Position numbers and translations under genes: made by a program. The notes under the pieces are model-generated. The model was given only the letters and a program-made list of their open reading frames with translations, was not told the origin of the DNA and searched no databases. A stretch of 64,000 bases of DNA from an uncultured Alphaproteobacteria bacterium (GTDB lineage Bacteria; Pseudomonadota; Alphaproteobacteria; CAAHEQ01; UBA3637): positions 7,594 through 71,593 of the forward strand of contig CALXVS010000003.1 in NCBI GenBank assembly GCA_944392145.1. The letters are read 5' to 3'. The stretch's first letter is position 1. Each line of letters starts with the position of its first letter. This document shows, piece by piece, positions 29,601 through 40,405 of this stretch.

Positions 29601-30847
29601 TGCGTCGTCCGTCAAAATTAAAATCGTGTGTGGCTCTATTGGATATCGGAACATCAAAGGTATGTTGTCTGGTTGTGCGGTTTGATTCAAATGAAACCCC
29701 TGAAATTATCGGAACGGGTTTTGCGCCGTCCGATGGGATTAAAGCCGGTGCAGTAACTCATTTAGATAAAGCAACGGCATGTGTTGCGGATGTGTTAAGT
29801 CAGGCGGAAAATCAAGCCGATCGGCGTATTGATAAAGTAATTGTGAATATTTCTTCAACCCAGTTGAAATCGCAGCATGTGTATCAGGAAACGGATATTC
29901 CCGACAATCGCCAAATAACAGCCGCTGACGTGAAACGGTTGGTTGATAGTGTGATTGAATCTGTAGCCTTAGGTGATGTGGAAATTATTCACGCATTTCC
30001 TTTGGGTTATACTGTTGATAAAGAGCAAGGGATTCAGGATCCGCGTGGGTTATATGGCCGAAAGTTAGGAGTATATATGCACCTGGTTACTTTGCCGGAA
30101 AGTCAATCGCGTAATTTGGTTGCCGTTTTGGATCGGTGCCATGTGCAAATTGATATGAAAGTTGCAACGCCGTATGCAGCTGCATTAGCAGTTTTATCGG
30201 ATGAAGAAAAGGAAGTTGGTGCCACCGTGATGGATATGGGCGCCGGAACGACATCGTTGGCATTGTTTTTAGGGGGAGGATTGGTTCATTTGGGACTTAT
30301 TCCGAATGGCGGTAATGCCATCACGCGGGATATTGCCCAGGGGCTCAGTACATCTTTATCCGGTGCCGAACATTTAAAAACATTAAACGGTGCGGCGTTT
30401 GTTTCTCCACGGGACGAATTAGACAGGTTATTTGTGCCCGGATTAGGTGATGACGAGGGGAGCTTGCAAATCCCGCGTTCTTATCTGATTTCAATCATTG
30501 TGCCACGATTAGAAGAAATTTTAGAGCGGTGTGCCCGTTTTTTAGAAACAGATTCGCGTTTTTTAGCAGCAACACGCCGAATCGTTTTGTCCGGTGGTGG
30601 AAGCGAGTTGGAAAGTGTCAAAGAAAAAGTAAGCAAAGACTTGAATGCTTTTGTGCGCTTAGGTAAGTGTCCTCCTGTCAAAGGAATGCCCTCTCAATTC
30701 GGGGCACATACATTTTCCACTTGCATTGGACTGTTAAAATATGCGATGATAAAGCATAAAAATATGCCGGGTGACAGCATGGGGCGCGAGCCGGCACGAA
30801 AAGGGTTGATTGGAAAGGTAATAAAATGGTTGGTTCAGAACTTTTAA
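29597..30847 (+). CDS. ftsA: cell division protein FtsA
   Basis: Actin-like ATPase ([12 protein letters not shown]; DMGAGTT), 416 aa. Confidence 0.85.
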   Translation: MMRRPSKLKSCVALLDIGTSKVCCLVVRFDSNETPEIIGTGFAPSDGIKAGAVTHLDKATACVADVLSQAENQADRRIDKVIVNISSTQLKSQHVYQETDIPDNRQITAADVKRLVDSVIESVALGDVEIIHAFPLGYTVDKEQGIQDPRGLYGRKLGVYMHLVTLPESQSRNLVAVLDRCHVQIDMKVATPYAAALAVLSDEEKEVGATVMDMGAGTTSLALFLGGGLVHLGLIPNGGNAITRDIAQGLSTSLSGAEHLKTLNGAAFVSPRDELDRLFVPGLGDDEGSLQIPRSYLISIIVPRLEEILERCARFLETDSRFLAATRRIVLSGGGSELESVKEKVSKDLNAFVRLGKCPPVKGMPSQFGAHTFSTCIGLLKYAMIKHKNMPGDSMGREPARKGLIGKVIKWLVQNF

Positions 30848-32349
30848 CACAGGCTCCCGCCGGGTTGGAAATTGGTTTGGCGACACCGCCGCCGGAAGTG
30901 TTGCTGACACCGAATATCGGCGTCATTGGTGTCGGCGGTGCCGGTGGAAATGCCGTGAATAATATGGTTTCATCAGGATTGGACGGCGTATCGTTTTTTG
31001 TTGCCAACACGGATGCACAGGCCTTATCACGTTCATTGGTTGTTGATCGGATTCAGTTGGGCGTTGCTTTAACACAAGGGTTAGGGGCCGGCGCAAATCC
31101 CGAAATCGGACGGGCGGCGGCCGAGGAAGCTGTTGATAAAATCAAGGAATATTTAAAAGGGTTACACTTGTTGTTTGTAACAGCCGGCATGGGAGGCGGT
31201 ACCGGTACCGGTGCGGCACCGGTTGTGGCGCGATTGGCCAAAGAAATGGGAATTTTAACGGTCGGAGTTGTTTCAAAACCGTTTAAATTTGAAGGGAACA
31301 AGCGTATGCGGACGGCTGAAAACGGTATTGAAGAATTGCAAAAATACGTTGATACGCTGATTGTAATCCCTAACCAAAATTTATTCCGTGTCGCAGGAAG
31401 CTCTACGACGTTTTCTGAAGCATTTAAAATTGCCGATGACGTATTATGTCAAGGGGTGCGAAGCATTACGGATTTGGTTATGAATCCGGGCATTATCAAT
31501 TTAGATTTCGCCGATGTGCGAACGGTATTGTCGGCTATGGGGCGGGCCATGATGGGCACCGGTGAAGCAACAGGTGAAAATCGGGCGGAAATCGCGGCCG
31601 AAAAAGCAATTTCCAATCCTTTGTTGGATGATTCGTCTGTCAAAGGAGCCAAAAGTATCTTGATCAATATTTCCGGCGGGGCAGATTTAACATTAAATGA
31701 AATTGATTCGGCAACCGAACGTATTGTCAGTGAACTGGATCCGGATGCGAATGTTATTTTTGGAACATCCGCGCATGAAGAATTGGAAGGGATTATTCGT
31801 ATTTCATTGGTTGCAACAGGTATTGAACGTTCATCGCAAGAAACACAGGCCTGTGTATCGCGGCCGGTATTGCCGACAGCGACTCCCGTTGTTAGAGAGG
31901 TAACACCTGTTCAGGAAAACAAACATTTATCCGATCCGGCACCGGTACCTGATTTTACACAGCCGGATTTGATTTCTTCTTTACCGCAACTGTCGGATAA
32001 GGTGTCGGATACATTTTCACCGGTTGAATCCGTTACTATGTCCAAAAAAGCGGAGGTTAATGTTGATGTATTGCAAGAACCTGTCATTGATCAACCGCCG
32101 TTGTTTGAGGAAGAACAGCCCGACTTGCCGCCGGTCAGAATGGTGCCGCAATCACCCGAGATTCAGAAACCGATTGATGTTGATGTGAAAAAATCGGATG
32201 CCAATGTGAAAACAGTGCGAGGATCGTTATTTGATTTGGTGCCCGGATTGATGGGAAAACCGCGGCATAAACCGGAAAAAGAAGTCCCTCCTAAATCATT
32301 AGGTGATTTTGAAACGGTTGATTTGCCTGCTTTTTTAAGACGTAAGTAA
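30826..32349 (+). CDS. ftsZ: cell division GTPase FtsZ with long C-terminal linker
   Basis: Tubulin signature [14 protein letters not shown]7 loop NLDFADV, long Pro/Glu-rich C-terminal linker and terminal DLPAFLRRK peptide typical of alphaproteobacteria. Confidence 0.9.
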   Translation: MVGSELLTQAPAGLEIGLATPPPEVLLTPNIGVIGVGGAGGNAVNNMVSSGLDGVSFFVANTDAQALSRSLVVDRIQLGVALTQGLGAGANPEIGRAAAEEAVDKIKEYLKGLHLLFVTAGMGGGTGTGAAPVVARLAKEMGILTVGVVSKPFKFEGNKRMRTAENGIEELQKYVDTLIVIPNQNLFRVAGSSTTFSEAFKIADDVLCQGVRSITDLVMNPGIINLDFADVRTVLSAMGRAMMGTGEATGENRAEIAAEKAISNPLLDDSSVKGAKSILINISGGADLTLNEIDSATERIVSELDPDANVIFGTSAHEELEGIIRISLVATGIERSSQETQACVSRPVLPTATPVVREVTPVQENKHLSDPAPVPDFTQPDLISSLPQLSDKVSDTFSPVESVTMSKKAEVNVDVLQEPVIDQPPLFEEEQPDLPPVRMVPQSPEIQKPIDVDVKKSDANVKTVRGSLFDLVPGLMGKPRHKPEKEVPPKSLGDFETVDLPAFLRRK

Positions 32350-32350
32350 G

Positions 32351-33625
32351 ATGATTCGGCCGGATATATATCCCCGGGTATTGGCACACCGATTGATTTT
32401 TGGTGTTGTAGCACAAAATCAAACAACCGATCGGTTATTTGAAACACCGGTGATGATGTCTTTGGCATTGCCGGACAGGCAGTTTGTCCGATTATTGGTT
32501 TTAACCGTTTTACGGCATTATCTGCGTCTTGAAGCAGGTGTGACTTTTTTTTTGAAAAGGCCCTTGCCGGCCAAACGCAAAGATGTTTTGCTGGCATTGA
32601 TGATTGGTTTAGCAGAACTTTACTATTTAAAAACGCCACCGCATGCAGCTGTGGATACAACGGTTGAGTTAGTTAAGGCCTTAAAACAGCAGCCCTTTGT
32701 TGCTTTAACTAATGCCGTTTTGCGCACCTGTGTTCGGCAAAAAGACAGATTGCCTGATTTATTGGCTGTTGCACCGGCGATTCCCGATTGGCTGGCACAC
32801 AGTTGGATACAAGCATACGGAGAAACTGAAACGGATAAGATTATTCGGGCCATGGGTGTTGAACCGCCATTAGACATAACTGTTCCCGAAAATGCAGAAA
32901 TGTGGGCAGAAAAGTTGGGTGGGTCTGTCTTTTTCCCACATACGGTGCGGTTACCGTCAGGAGGACTTGTTCGCGACAAAGCCGGATATCAAGAGGGGGC
33001 TTGGTGGGTGCAAAATGCGGCCGCTGCCGTGCCGGTGTGTTTGTTTACGGCCTTAAAAGGTCTTTGCGTGGCTGATTTATGTGCCGCTCCCGGCGGAAAA
33101 ACGGCCCAATTGGCTGCGGCAGGAGCGTTTGTAGATGCCTTTGATATTTCAAAAAAGCGGCTAAATCGCTTGATGGAAAATATGAAACGGTTAAAACTTG
33201 AATCACGCGTTAAAACAATTTGTGCCGATGTAGCGGTCAAACCGGATGGGGGGGCTATATATGATGCGGTTTTATTAGATGCGCCTTGTTCCGCAACCGG
33301 CACATTGGCACGGCACCCGGATTTGATTTTTCATCGGGGACCGGATGATGTGCGTCGGTTGGCTGAATTGCAAAAGACGTTATTAGATAAGGCGGCCGGT
33401 ATGACGCGTTTGGGCGGTGAATTGGTTTACAGTGTGTGTTCTTTACAACCGGAAGAAGGCGAAGAGCAAATACATGCTTTTTTAGACCGTTTCCCGATGT
33501 TTCGGGTAATTATACCGACACCCGATTTTTTAAAACCGTATCATACGCCGGAACACTTTATCCGTTTAACACCGGCACAGGGAACAGACGGTTTTTTTGC
33601 GGCTTTGTTACAGCGGGAAAGTTGA
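32351..33625 (+). CDS. rsmB: 16S rRNA (cytosine967-C5)-methyltransferase RsmB/Sun-like (NusB-like N-terminus plus SAM methyltransferase)
   Basis: SAM motif DLCAAPGGKT, catalytic DAPCSATG, PC motif context; 424 aa. Confidence 0.75.
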   Translation: MIRPDIYPRVLAHRLIFGVVAQNQTTDRLFETPVMMSLALPDRQFVRLLVLTVLRHYLRLEAGVTFFLKRPLPAKRKDVLLALMIGLAELYYLKTPPHAAVDTTVELVKALKQQPFVALTNAVLRTCVRQKDRLPDLLAVAPAIPDWLAHSWIQAYGETETDKIIRAMGVEPPLDITVPENAEMWAEKLGGSVFFPHTVRLPSGGLVRDKAGYQEGAWWVQNAAAAVPVCLFTALKGLCVADLCAAPGGKTAQLAAAGAFVDAFDISKKRLNRLMENMKRLKLESRVKTICADVAVKPDGGAIYDAVLLDAPCSATGTLARHPDLIFHRGPDDVRRLAELQKTLLDKAAGMTRLGGELVYSVCSLQPEEGEEQIHAFLDRFPMFRVIIPTPDFLKPYHTPEHFIRLTPAQGTDGFFAALLQRES

Positions 33626-33629
33626 TTTT

Positions 33630-34586
33630 TTAATCGGCGTTTTCCAAACGCGTCATCGCCAAAAATTTATCATGCCGATGACGGACCAAGGTATCCGAAT
33701 CGTCTTTTTGTAAAGCAGTTAGGTGACGTGTCAATGCTTCTTTAACAGCATCCATGGCTTTTTCCGGTTGACGGTGAGCGCCTCCCAACGGTTCGGCAAT
33801 CACCTCATCAATGACGCCGAATTTTTTTAAATCTTGCGCTGTTAGTTTTAAAATTTCGGCTGCTTTCGGGGCATTTTTAAAATCTTTCCAAAGAATAGAA
33901 GCACATCCTTCGGGAGAGATAACCGAATAAATAGAATTTTCAAGCATTAAAATCCGGTTTCCCGCTGCTAATGCGATGGCGCCGCCTGATCCGCCCTCTC
34001 CGATGATACAGGCAATTAAAGGCACCTTTAAATCCAAACAACATTCCGTTGATGCGGCAATCGCTTGGCCTTGACCGCGTTCTTCCCCTTCCATTCCCGG
34101 AAAGGCACCGGCCGTGTCAACCAATGTGATAACCGGAATTTGAAATTGTTCGGCCAATTTCATCAAACGAATCGCTTTACGGTATCCTTCGGGTTTGGCC
34201 ATGCCGAAGTTATGAATCAGGCGCGATTCGGTATCATGTCCTTTTTCATGACCGATGACCATAACCGTTTGTGAATTAAGTTTTGCAAATCCGCCGATAA
34301 TGGCTTTGTCATCGGCAAAGGCTCTGTCGCCGGACAGGGGGCAGAAATCCGTAAAAATGTGATTCAGATAATCGGATGTTTTCGGGCGGGCTTCATGGCG
34401 AGCAACCTGAGATTTTTGCCAAGGGGTTAAGTTTTTATACACGGATACCAGTGTTTTTTCCAGCTTTTTATGCAAACGCTCCAACTCGTCGGCAACGTTT
34501 ACACCATCAGCCGATCCCAAATGTTTAATTTCTTCAATGCGGGCATCAACGTCCATTAACGGTTGTTCAAAGTCCAGATATTGCAT
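33630..34586 (-). CDS. accA: acetyl-CoA carboxylase carboxyltransferase subunit alpha
   Basis: MQYLDFEQPL..., oxyanion-hole GGSGGA(IA)LA, 318 aa. Start placed at the internal Met with an aaagga RBS. Confidence 0.9.
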   Translation of the reverse strand: MQYLDFEQPLMDVDARIEEIKHLGSADGVNVADELERLHKKLEKTLVSVYKNLTPWQKSQVARHEARPKTSDYLNHIFTDFCPLSGDRAFADDKAIIGGFAKLNSQTVMVIGHEKGHDTESRLIHNFGMAKPEGYRKAIRLMKLAEQFQIPVITLVDTAGAFPGMEGEERGQGQAIAASTECCLDLKVPLIACIIGEGGSGGAIALAAGNRILMLENSIYSVISPEGCASILWKDFKNAPKAAEILKLTAQDLKKFGVIDEVIAEPLGGAHRQPEKAMDAVKEALTRHLTALQKDDSDTLVRHRHDKFLAMTRLENAD

Positions 34587-34682
34587 TTTTTTGTCCTTTT
34601 CAAATTGATTTTTTGAATTATACAAAGTATAATCCGAAAAGTCCAGTGTTTTGGATGGTTTGTCATAAAAAGGAAATAAAAG

Positions 34683-34970
34683 ATGTCGCAGTTTGTGTTC
34701 GTGGCAACAGGTATTTTAGCGTGTTCAATGTGGATCGGATGTGTTGTATTCATTCTTTTTTCATGGAAAACAACGGTGCGTCAAAACCGGTTGTTTGCCT
34801 GTATTTTGGCGCGTCTTGATAAAATGGAAGCATATCTTTCAGAGGTGGCCACGCAAAAAAATGTTCAAGAAACATCTTTGGCCATTGCCAAAGATGAACC
34901 ATTGTCAAAATACCGGGATGTGACATTGCCGGATGATATTGACATCAGTTTTGTGGAAAAAGCACCATGA
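34683..34970 (+). CDS. small hypothetical membrane protein (1 TM)
   Basis: 95 aa with an N-terminal TM segment. The stop overlaps the start of the downstream solute-binding protein by 4 nt. No recognisable motif. Confidence 0.3.
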   Translation: MSQFVFVATGILACSMWIGCVVFILFSWKTTVRQNRLFACILARLDKMEAYLSEVATQKNVQETSLAIAKDEPLSKYRDVTLPDDIDISFVEKAP

Positions 34971-36772
34971 TCTTTTTTTTGCGGGTGATCATTTTCGCAC
35001 TTGCTTTATGGGGATTGAATGTGACGGCGGGAACAGCACCGCAAGGGTCAAGTGCCTTATCCATGTATGGTGTTCCTAAATATGAGGATGATTTTTTTGC
35101 ATTTGAGTATGTTAATCCGAATGCTCCGAAAGGAGGTGTTTTAAAACAGGCGGCCTTTGGTTCTTTTGATACATTTAATCCGTTTGTTATTGGTGGAATT
35201 GCCCCGGGCGGTGTGGCATTGATGCATGATACGTTGATGAAGCAAAGCGATGATGAAGCGTTTTCACTGTATGGCCTGATTGCCGATCGGGTGCAATTAA
35301 ATTCTGAGGCACATACTGTTTCTTTTCATATCAATCCGAATGCTCGTTTTTCTGACGGATCAAAAATCACACCGCAGGATGTTGTTTTTTCCTTTAACAT
35401 TTTAAAAGAAAAAGGATTGCCCGTTTTTCGGTATTATTATGGGGATGTCCGCCGGGTTACCGTTCAAGGAGAATGGGTTGTTTTTTATTTGAATCCATCG
35501 GCCCCGAATCGGGAGTTACCATTGATTTTGGGGGAATTACCCGTTTTATCCGAGGCCTATTGGTCAACGCGTGATTTTGATAAAACATCTTTAGATATTC
35601 CTGTCAGCAGCGGTCCTTATACGGTTGAATCATTTGAACCCGGTCGGTTTATCGTGTATGTTCGTCGCACGGATTATTGGGCGCATGACTTAAATGTTAA
35701 CCGCGGCTATTACAATTTTGACAAAATTCGGTATGATTATTATCGGGATGCGGCCGTCGCATTGGAAGCTTTTAAAGCCGGACTGATTGATTTACGCCTT
35801 GAAACAGAGGCAAAAAAATGGATTTTATTTCGGGAATTTCCGGCCGTATCCGACGGCCGGATTCAAATGCGGACCTTTGCACATCATCTGCCCAGCGGGA
35901 TGCAGGGGTTTGTTTTTAATTTACGCCGACCGGTATTTCGGGATGTGCGGGTGCGTCAGGCCCTTAGTTATGTGTTTGATTTTGAATGGACAAACAAAAA
36001 TCTGTTTTACGGGCTTTATCAACGAACAAACAGCTATTTTGACAATTCATCTTTAAAAGCACCGCCTTTGCCGGATGCCGCCGAACAAGCGCTGTTGGCG
36101 CCATATCGGGATATGCTGCCGGCAAAGATGTGGACACAGCCGTTTGTTGCCAACCCGTATGAAGGTCAGCCACTGCGAATTCGCTTAAAAGCCGCGTTAG
36201 ATTTATTGGATGAAGCCGGATGGCATGTTAAAAACGGACGTCTTGAAAATGCGCAAGGGGAAGCGTTGCGGTTTGAAATTTTATTAGATGCTGCTTCTGT
36301 CGGTAGTTGGGAACGTGTGACATTGCCTTATGTCGGTTTATTAAGGCAGTTGGGGGTTGATGTATCGTTGCGGGTGGTTGATTTAATTCATTATAAAAAT
36401 CGGTTGGATCAATTTGATTATGATATGATTGTTGCCGTGTGGGGGCAATCTTTGTCTCCCGGAAACGAACAGCGTTATTTTTGGGGCAGTGCAGCCGCCC
36501 AAACACCCGGATCGTTAAATTATGCAGGTATTGCTGATCCGGTGGTTGATGCTTTGATTGAACACGTGATCGGGGCACGAGACCAAGCAGCGTTGGAAAC
36601 AGCGGTGCATGCTTTGGATCGGGTCTTGTTGGCATCTCATTTGGTAGTGCCGCACTGGTTTTCCCCTGTTCAACGGTATATTTTTTGGAATAAGTTCGGT
36701 TTCCCCGAAAACGTGCCTTTAAAGGGGACAAATCCCCTTTATTGGTGGTTTTTGCCCGAAAAGCAAACTTGA
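34967..36772 (+). CDS. ABC transporter substrate-binding protein, family 5 (YejA/oligopeptide-like), orphan
   Basis: 601 aa, N-terminal signal peptide. Length and conserved blocks fit the YejA/OppA/DppA superfamily (FSDGSKITPQDVVFSFN; GPY.V.SFEPG). No permease or ATPase genes are adjacent. Confidence 0.75.
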   Translation: MIFFLRVIIFALALWGLNVTAGTAPQGSSALSMYGVPKYEDDFFAFEYVNPNAPKGGVLKQAAFGSFDTFNPFVIGGIAPGGVALMHDTLMKQSDDEAFSLYGLIADRVQLNSEAHTVSFHINPNARFSDGSKITPQDVVFSFNILKEKGLPVFRYYYGDVRRVTVQGEWVVFYLNPSAPNRELPLILGELPVLSEAYWSTRDFDKTSLDIPVSSGPYTVESFEPGRFIVYVRRTDYWAHDLNVNRGYYNFDKIRYDYYRDAAVALEAFKAGLIDLRLETEAKKWILFREFPAVSDGRIQMRTFAHHLPSGMQGFVFNLRRPVFRDVRVRQALSYVFDFEWTNKNLFYGLYQRTNSYFDNSSLKAPPLPDAAEQALLAPYRDMLPAKMWTQPFVANPYEGQPLRIRLKAALDLLDEAGWHVKNGRLENAQGEALRFEILLDAASVGSWERVTLPYVGLLRQLGVDVSLRVVDLIHYKNRLDQFDYDMIVAVWGQSLSPGNEQRYFWGSAAAQTPGSLNYAGIADPVVDALIEHVIGARDQAALETAVHALDRVLLASHLVVPHWFSPVQRYIFWNKFGFPENVPLKGTNPLYWWFLPEKQT

Positions 36773-36857
36773 GGCGGAAAGATAAAACAAAAGCTTGATA
36801 TCTGATTAAAAATCGGATATACATAAAAATATTGTAATAATTAAAGGATCATATCTT

Positions 36858-37592
36858 ATGAAATACAAGGCCTATTTTCTTTGTCTTTCTTTGTTGGCGG
36901 GGACACAGTCGGCAATGGCGCAGACAGCTTTTTGGAGTTTTGATGAAAACCAGCAGGAAGCTATTATTCCCTCACAATGTGACGGTCAGTTTGATGAAGC
37001 ACGCGGGGGCGTTTTTTTACCGACACCCGAAGAAATGTTTGATCAGGGTGAAGCGTTTTTAATGGAACGCGGAGCCAATCGCGGTAATGCGGGGTATTGT
37101 TTTATTGCGGCCGCATTGCTTGGAAATGTGAATGCCCAATTCCGATTGGCACAGTTGTATAATAAAGGGATTGTTTTGCCTCAGGATGATTTAAGTGCTT
37201 ATAAATGGGCTTTTATCGCGTCATTAAACGGACATAAAGATGCCGAGCGATTGGCCTTGATGCTTGAATCGTTCCTGTCAACCGAAGATATTGAATTGGC
37301 GACGAAATCAATAGAATCACTGTTACCCCAAATTACATCTGTTAAAATACAAAAATTGACCGAAGCAGATCAGACATTATCCGAAAAAATGGGGCGATTG
37401 GATGAGTTGAACGAGGAAATTGATTCCATGCTGGGAATTCCAACCACAAAGGTTCCCCGTAAAACAGACACGGCTTTTGTGCAAAAGACAATGCGGGAAT
37501 TAAATATACCGACGAAAGAAACACCATCAGTTGCGGATGCCCCCGCAGCGGCGCCGTCTTTTTCCGAAGCAGATCGTTATGTCGGCCAGTAA
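36858..37592 (+). CDS. secreted Sel1-like repeat (TPR-like) protein
   Basis: Signal peptide MKYKAYFLCLSLLAGTQSAMA. Sel1 repeat signatures (GNAGYCFIAAALLGNVNAQFRLAQLYNKGIVLPQDDLSAYKWAFIASLNGHKDAERL). Confidence 0.7.
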   Translation: MKYKAYFLCLSLLAGTQSAMAQTAFWSFDENQQEAIIPSQCDGQFDEARGGVFLPTPEEMFDQGEAFLMERGANRGNAGYCFIAAALLGNVNAQFRLAQLYNKGIVLPQDDLSAYKWAFIASLNGHKDAERLALMLESFLSTEDIELATKSIESLLPQITSVKIQKLTEADQTLSEKMGRLDELNEEIDSMLGIPTTKVPRKTDTAFVQKTMRELNIPTKETPSVADAPAAAPSFSEADRYVGQ

Positions 37593-37965
37593 ACTAAAGA
37601 CACTTCTTTTTTTTAGCGTTACCGTTTTTGGGGGGATATGGGGAGATGTGTCATCTGCCATTGCTGAAACATATTTGCCGGGAACCGAAGATGTTCCGTT
37701 GATGCCGGGGTTTGAGGTTTTGCCCGCCGAAACAGTTGATTTTGATACCCCCGCCGGACAGATTGTGTTGGTAACAATGCAGTCAAGGGATAAAACAGCG
37801 GATTCTTTTTTTGATTTTTACCGTTCAACATTACAGGCTTTAGGCTGGCAATATCAGCAAAAGGGGTATTTTACCCGTGATAAAGACACATTGAGTTGGC
37901 ATGTTGAAAAAAAAGCCGCGCCGACGCGGATACGATTTGACATTTTTTTAAACGGGGGTATTTAA
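37579..37965 (+). CDS. hypothetical secreted protein
   Basis: Starts at internal ATG 37579 (MSASKLKTLLFFSVTVFGG...), overlapping the Sel1 gene stop by 14 nt. About 128 aa with an N-terminal hydrophobic signal-like segment. Confidence 0.4.
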   Translation: MSASKLKTLLFFSVTVFGGIWGDVSSAIAETYLPGTEDVPLMPGFEVLPAETVDFDTPAGQIVLVTMQSRDKTADSFFDFYRSTLQALGWQYQQKGYFTRDKDTLSWHVEKKAAPTRIRFDIFLNGGI

Positions 37966-37981
37966 TTTTTTGACAAAGGGC

Positions 37982-38010
37982 TTGACTTTTCTTTTTTTTT
38001 AAGGTAAAAG
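37982..38010 (+). promoter_or_regulatory. candidate promoter for rpsT (TTGACT-17-TAAAAG)
   Basis: Sequence read directly; the -10 is weak. Confidence 0.3.
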
Positions 38011-38061
38011 TAGAAACCCTAAAGAGTTTAATAACAATTTTTTTTAGATTGAGGAAGAACA

Positions 38062-38328
38062 ATGGCCAATTTAAAATCGGCAAAAACGCGTGTGAAACGC
38101 AACACGAAAAGACAAAGAATCAACTCTGATCGCTTAAACGCGGTTCGGACGCAGGTAAAAGCGGTGCGTAAGGCTGTTTTGGCCGGTGATAAAGATGCCG
38201 CTGCCACGGCGTTTAAAAAGGCCGAATCGGTTTTGGCGCGCGCTGCCGGTAAAGGAACAATCCATCATAACGCTGCTGCCCGTCAGATTTCACGATTGTC
38301 TGCTGCCGTTAAAGCAATGAATGCATAA
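38062..38328 (+). CDS. rpsT: 30S ribosomal protein S20
   Basis: 88 aa, MANLKSAKTRVKRNTKRQ... Confidence 0.9.
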   Translation: MANLKSAKTRVKRNTKRQRINSDRLNAVRTQVKAVRKAVLAGDKDAAATAFKKAESVLARAAGKGTIHHNAAARQISRLSAAVKAMNA

Positions 38329-38353
38329 GGTATTTTTGCTTTTTTACGTATTT

Positions 38354-38383
38354 CCCCGAATCAAACGATTCGGGGATTTTTTT
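38354..38383 (+). terminator. rho-independent terminator after rpsT
   Basis: ccccgaatc-aaac-gattcgggg followed by ATTTTTTT. Confidence 0.75.
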
Positions 38384-38444
38384 ATTGACAAACCGTTTTT
38401 TGCGGGCATATAGTCGGTTTGTTTATGCGGAAAGGAGTTTTTAT

Positions 38445-40202
38445 ATGGCGTATTTAGATAACATTCATTCACCGGCAGATTTAAAGAAATTGACGATTTC
38501 GCAAATGAAAGAAGTTGCATCTGAAATTCGCAAAGCGGTTTTAAATCGGGACAGCCTTGTCGGCGGGCATGTCGGCCCGAATTTAGGTATTGTGGAAACG
38601 ACTTTGGCTTTACATGTTGTTTTTGATTCACCGACAGATAAAATTGTTTGGGATGTATCCCATCAAAGTTATCCGCATAAGATTTTAACAGGACGGGCGA
38701 ACGGCTTTTTGACGCCGGAAGGAATGCAGCATATTTCGGGATATACGAATCCCGATGAAAGTGATCATGATTTTTTTAAAGTCGGTCATACATCAACGTC
38801 GGTCAGTCTGGCGTGTGGGTTGGCGAAAGCCAGAGACTTAAAAGGGCAAACACATGATGTGATTGCCGTTATCGGGGATGGCTCCTTATCCGGCGGTGAA
38901 GCCTTGGAAGGATTAAGTAATGCTGCCGTATTGGGGAGCGGGATTATCGTTATTGTTAATGATAACGAGATGTCCATTGCGGAAAATCACGGCGGCATTT
39001 ATACGAATTTGCGGTTGTTGCGTGAAACGAACGGAGAAGCAGCCTGTAACATGTTTAAAGCGTTTGGGTTTGATTATCATTATGTGGCTGATGGTCATGA
39101 TTTAGAGGCGATGATTCGGACACTTCAGGCCGTTAAAGGAACCCAAAAGCCCGTTGTTATCCATGTGCATACGCAAAAAGGGAAAGGATATGCGCCGGCA
39201 GAAACACATCGTGAAGCCTGGCATTGGCGTGTGCCGTTCCATTTAACAGACGGCACACCTAAAGAGCAAATGAGTGGGGAAAATTATAATGATATCACGT
39301 ATGCTTATTTATCGGATAAGATTAAAAAAGATAAAACCGTTGTGGCGGTGAATGCCGGCACACCGGGTGTTTTTGGGTTGGATGCTGATCGGCGTGTGGC
39401 GTTGGGAGCGCATTTTGTGGATGTCGGTATTGCCGAAGAACATGCCGTTGCATTCAGTTCGGCGTTGGCCAAAGGCGGGTGTAAGCCGATTTTCTTTGTG
39501 ATGAGTTCATTTGTGCAGCGCACTTATGACCAGCTGTTGCATGATTTGGCCATTAACCGCAATCCGGCTGTGATTGTGGTGGCGTGGGGTGGTATTTCCG
39601 GTGCCGATGTGACACACTTGTGCACGTTTGATATTCCTTTAATCTCTAATATTCCCAATATAGTTTATTTGGCCCCGACGACGGTGGAAGAATATGTGGC
39701 CATGCTTGATTGGGCAGTAGATCAAAAAGAGCATCCTGTTGTTATTCGCATGCCCCGATCAGTTATACATGAAAAAACGGCTGTTGAAAAAGATTACAGT
39801 TCACTAAACACCTATCGGGTTATGCAATCGGGGACGCAGGTTGCCTTAATTGCCGCGGGCAGTTTTTTTGAATTGGGACGGCAAGTTGCCGGGGAATTAG
39901 AAAAACAAGGTGTTATTCCGACATTAATCAACCCGCGTTATTTAACAGGGGTTGATGAAGTGCTTTTAACGGCTTTAAAGGAAAAACATCAAGTCATTGC
40001 CACATTAGAGGACGGCGTTGTCGCCGGTGGATTCGGTGAGAAAATCACGCGCTTTTATGGGGCAGATCCGATGAAAGTGTTAAATTTCGGGGCAAAAAAG
40101 GAGTTTACCGATCGGGTTGCTGTTGAAACGCTTTATCAGCGATATCATTTAACACCCGAGTTGATTGCCGCAGATATTTTAACGGCGTTACATTCAAAGT
40201 AA
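38445..40202 (+). CDS. dxs: 1-deoxy-D-xylulose-5-phosphate synthase
   Basis: TPP motifs GHVGPNLG, DVSHQSYPHKILTGR, GHTSTSVSLACG, GDGSLSGGEALEGL, and a transketolase-like C-terminus. Start at ATG 38445 with an aaaggag RBS. Confidence 0.85.
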   Translation: MAYLDNIHSPADLKKLTISQMKEVASEIRKAVLNRDSLVGGHVGPNLGIVETTLALHVVFDSPTDKIVWDVSHQSYPHKILTGRANGFLTPEGMQHISGYTNPDESDHDFFKVGHTSTSVSLACGLAKARDLKGQTHDVIAVIGDGSLSGGEALEGLSNAAVLGSGIIVIVNDNEMSIAENHGGIYTNLRLLRETNGEAACNMFKAFGFDYHYVADGHDLEAMIRTLQAVKGTQKPVVIHVHTQKGKGYAPAETHREAWHWRVPFHLTDGTPKEQMSGENYNDITYAYLSDKIKKDKTVVAVNAGTPGVFGLDADRRVALGAHFVDVGIAEEHAVAFSSALAKGGCKPIFFVMSSFVQRTYDQLLHDLAINRNPAVIVVAWGGISGADVTHLCTFDIPLISNIPNIVYLAPTTVEEYVAMLDWAVDQKEHPVVIRMPRSVIHEKTAVEKDYSSLNTYRVMQSGTQVALIAAGSFFELGRQVAGELEKQGVIPTLINPRYLTGVDEVLLTALKEKHQVIATLEDGVVAGGFGEKITRFYGADPMKVLNFGAKKEFTDRVAVETLYQRYHLTPELIAADILTALHSK

Positions 40203-40270
40203 ACGAAACGGGCCTTTTTTATTATGTCGGCTACACCGGTTGTGTCGCAGCCGGCATTTTAAAAAAAGAC

Positions 40271-40299
40271 TTGACTTTTTGATACAAGACGTGTATAAA
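40271..40299 (+). promoter_or_regulatory. candidate sigma70 promoter for ffh (TTGACT-17-TATAAA)
   Basis: Sequence read directly; leaves an approximately 100-nt leader to ATG 40406. Confidence 0.45.
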
Positions 40300-40405
40300 A
40301 TAACCATTATTTCCAAAAATGGCTGAAATTCAGTCTCTACGGAGATACATCAATCCGCGAGGGTTCGCGCATTGGTGCGATTTTTGTATGTGAAAAGGAA
40401 GAACA

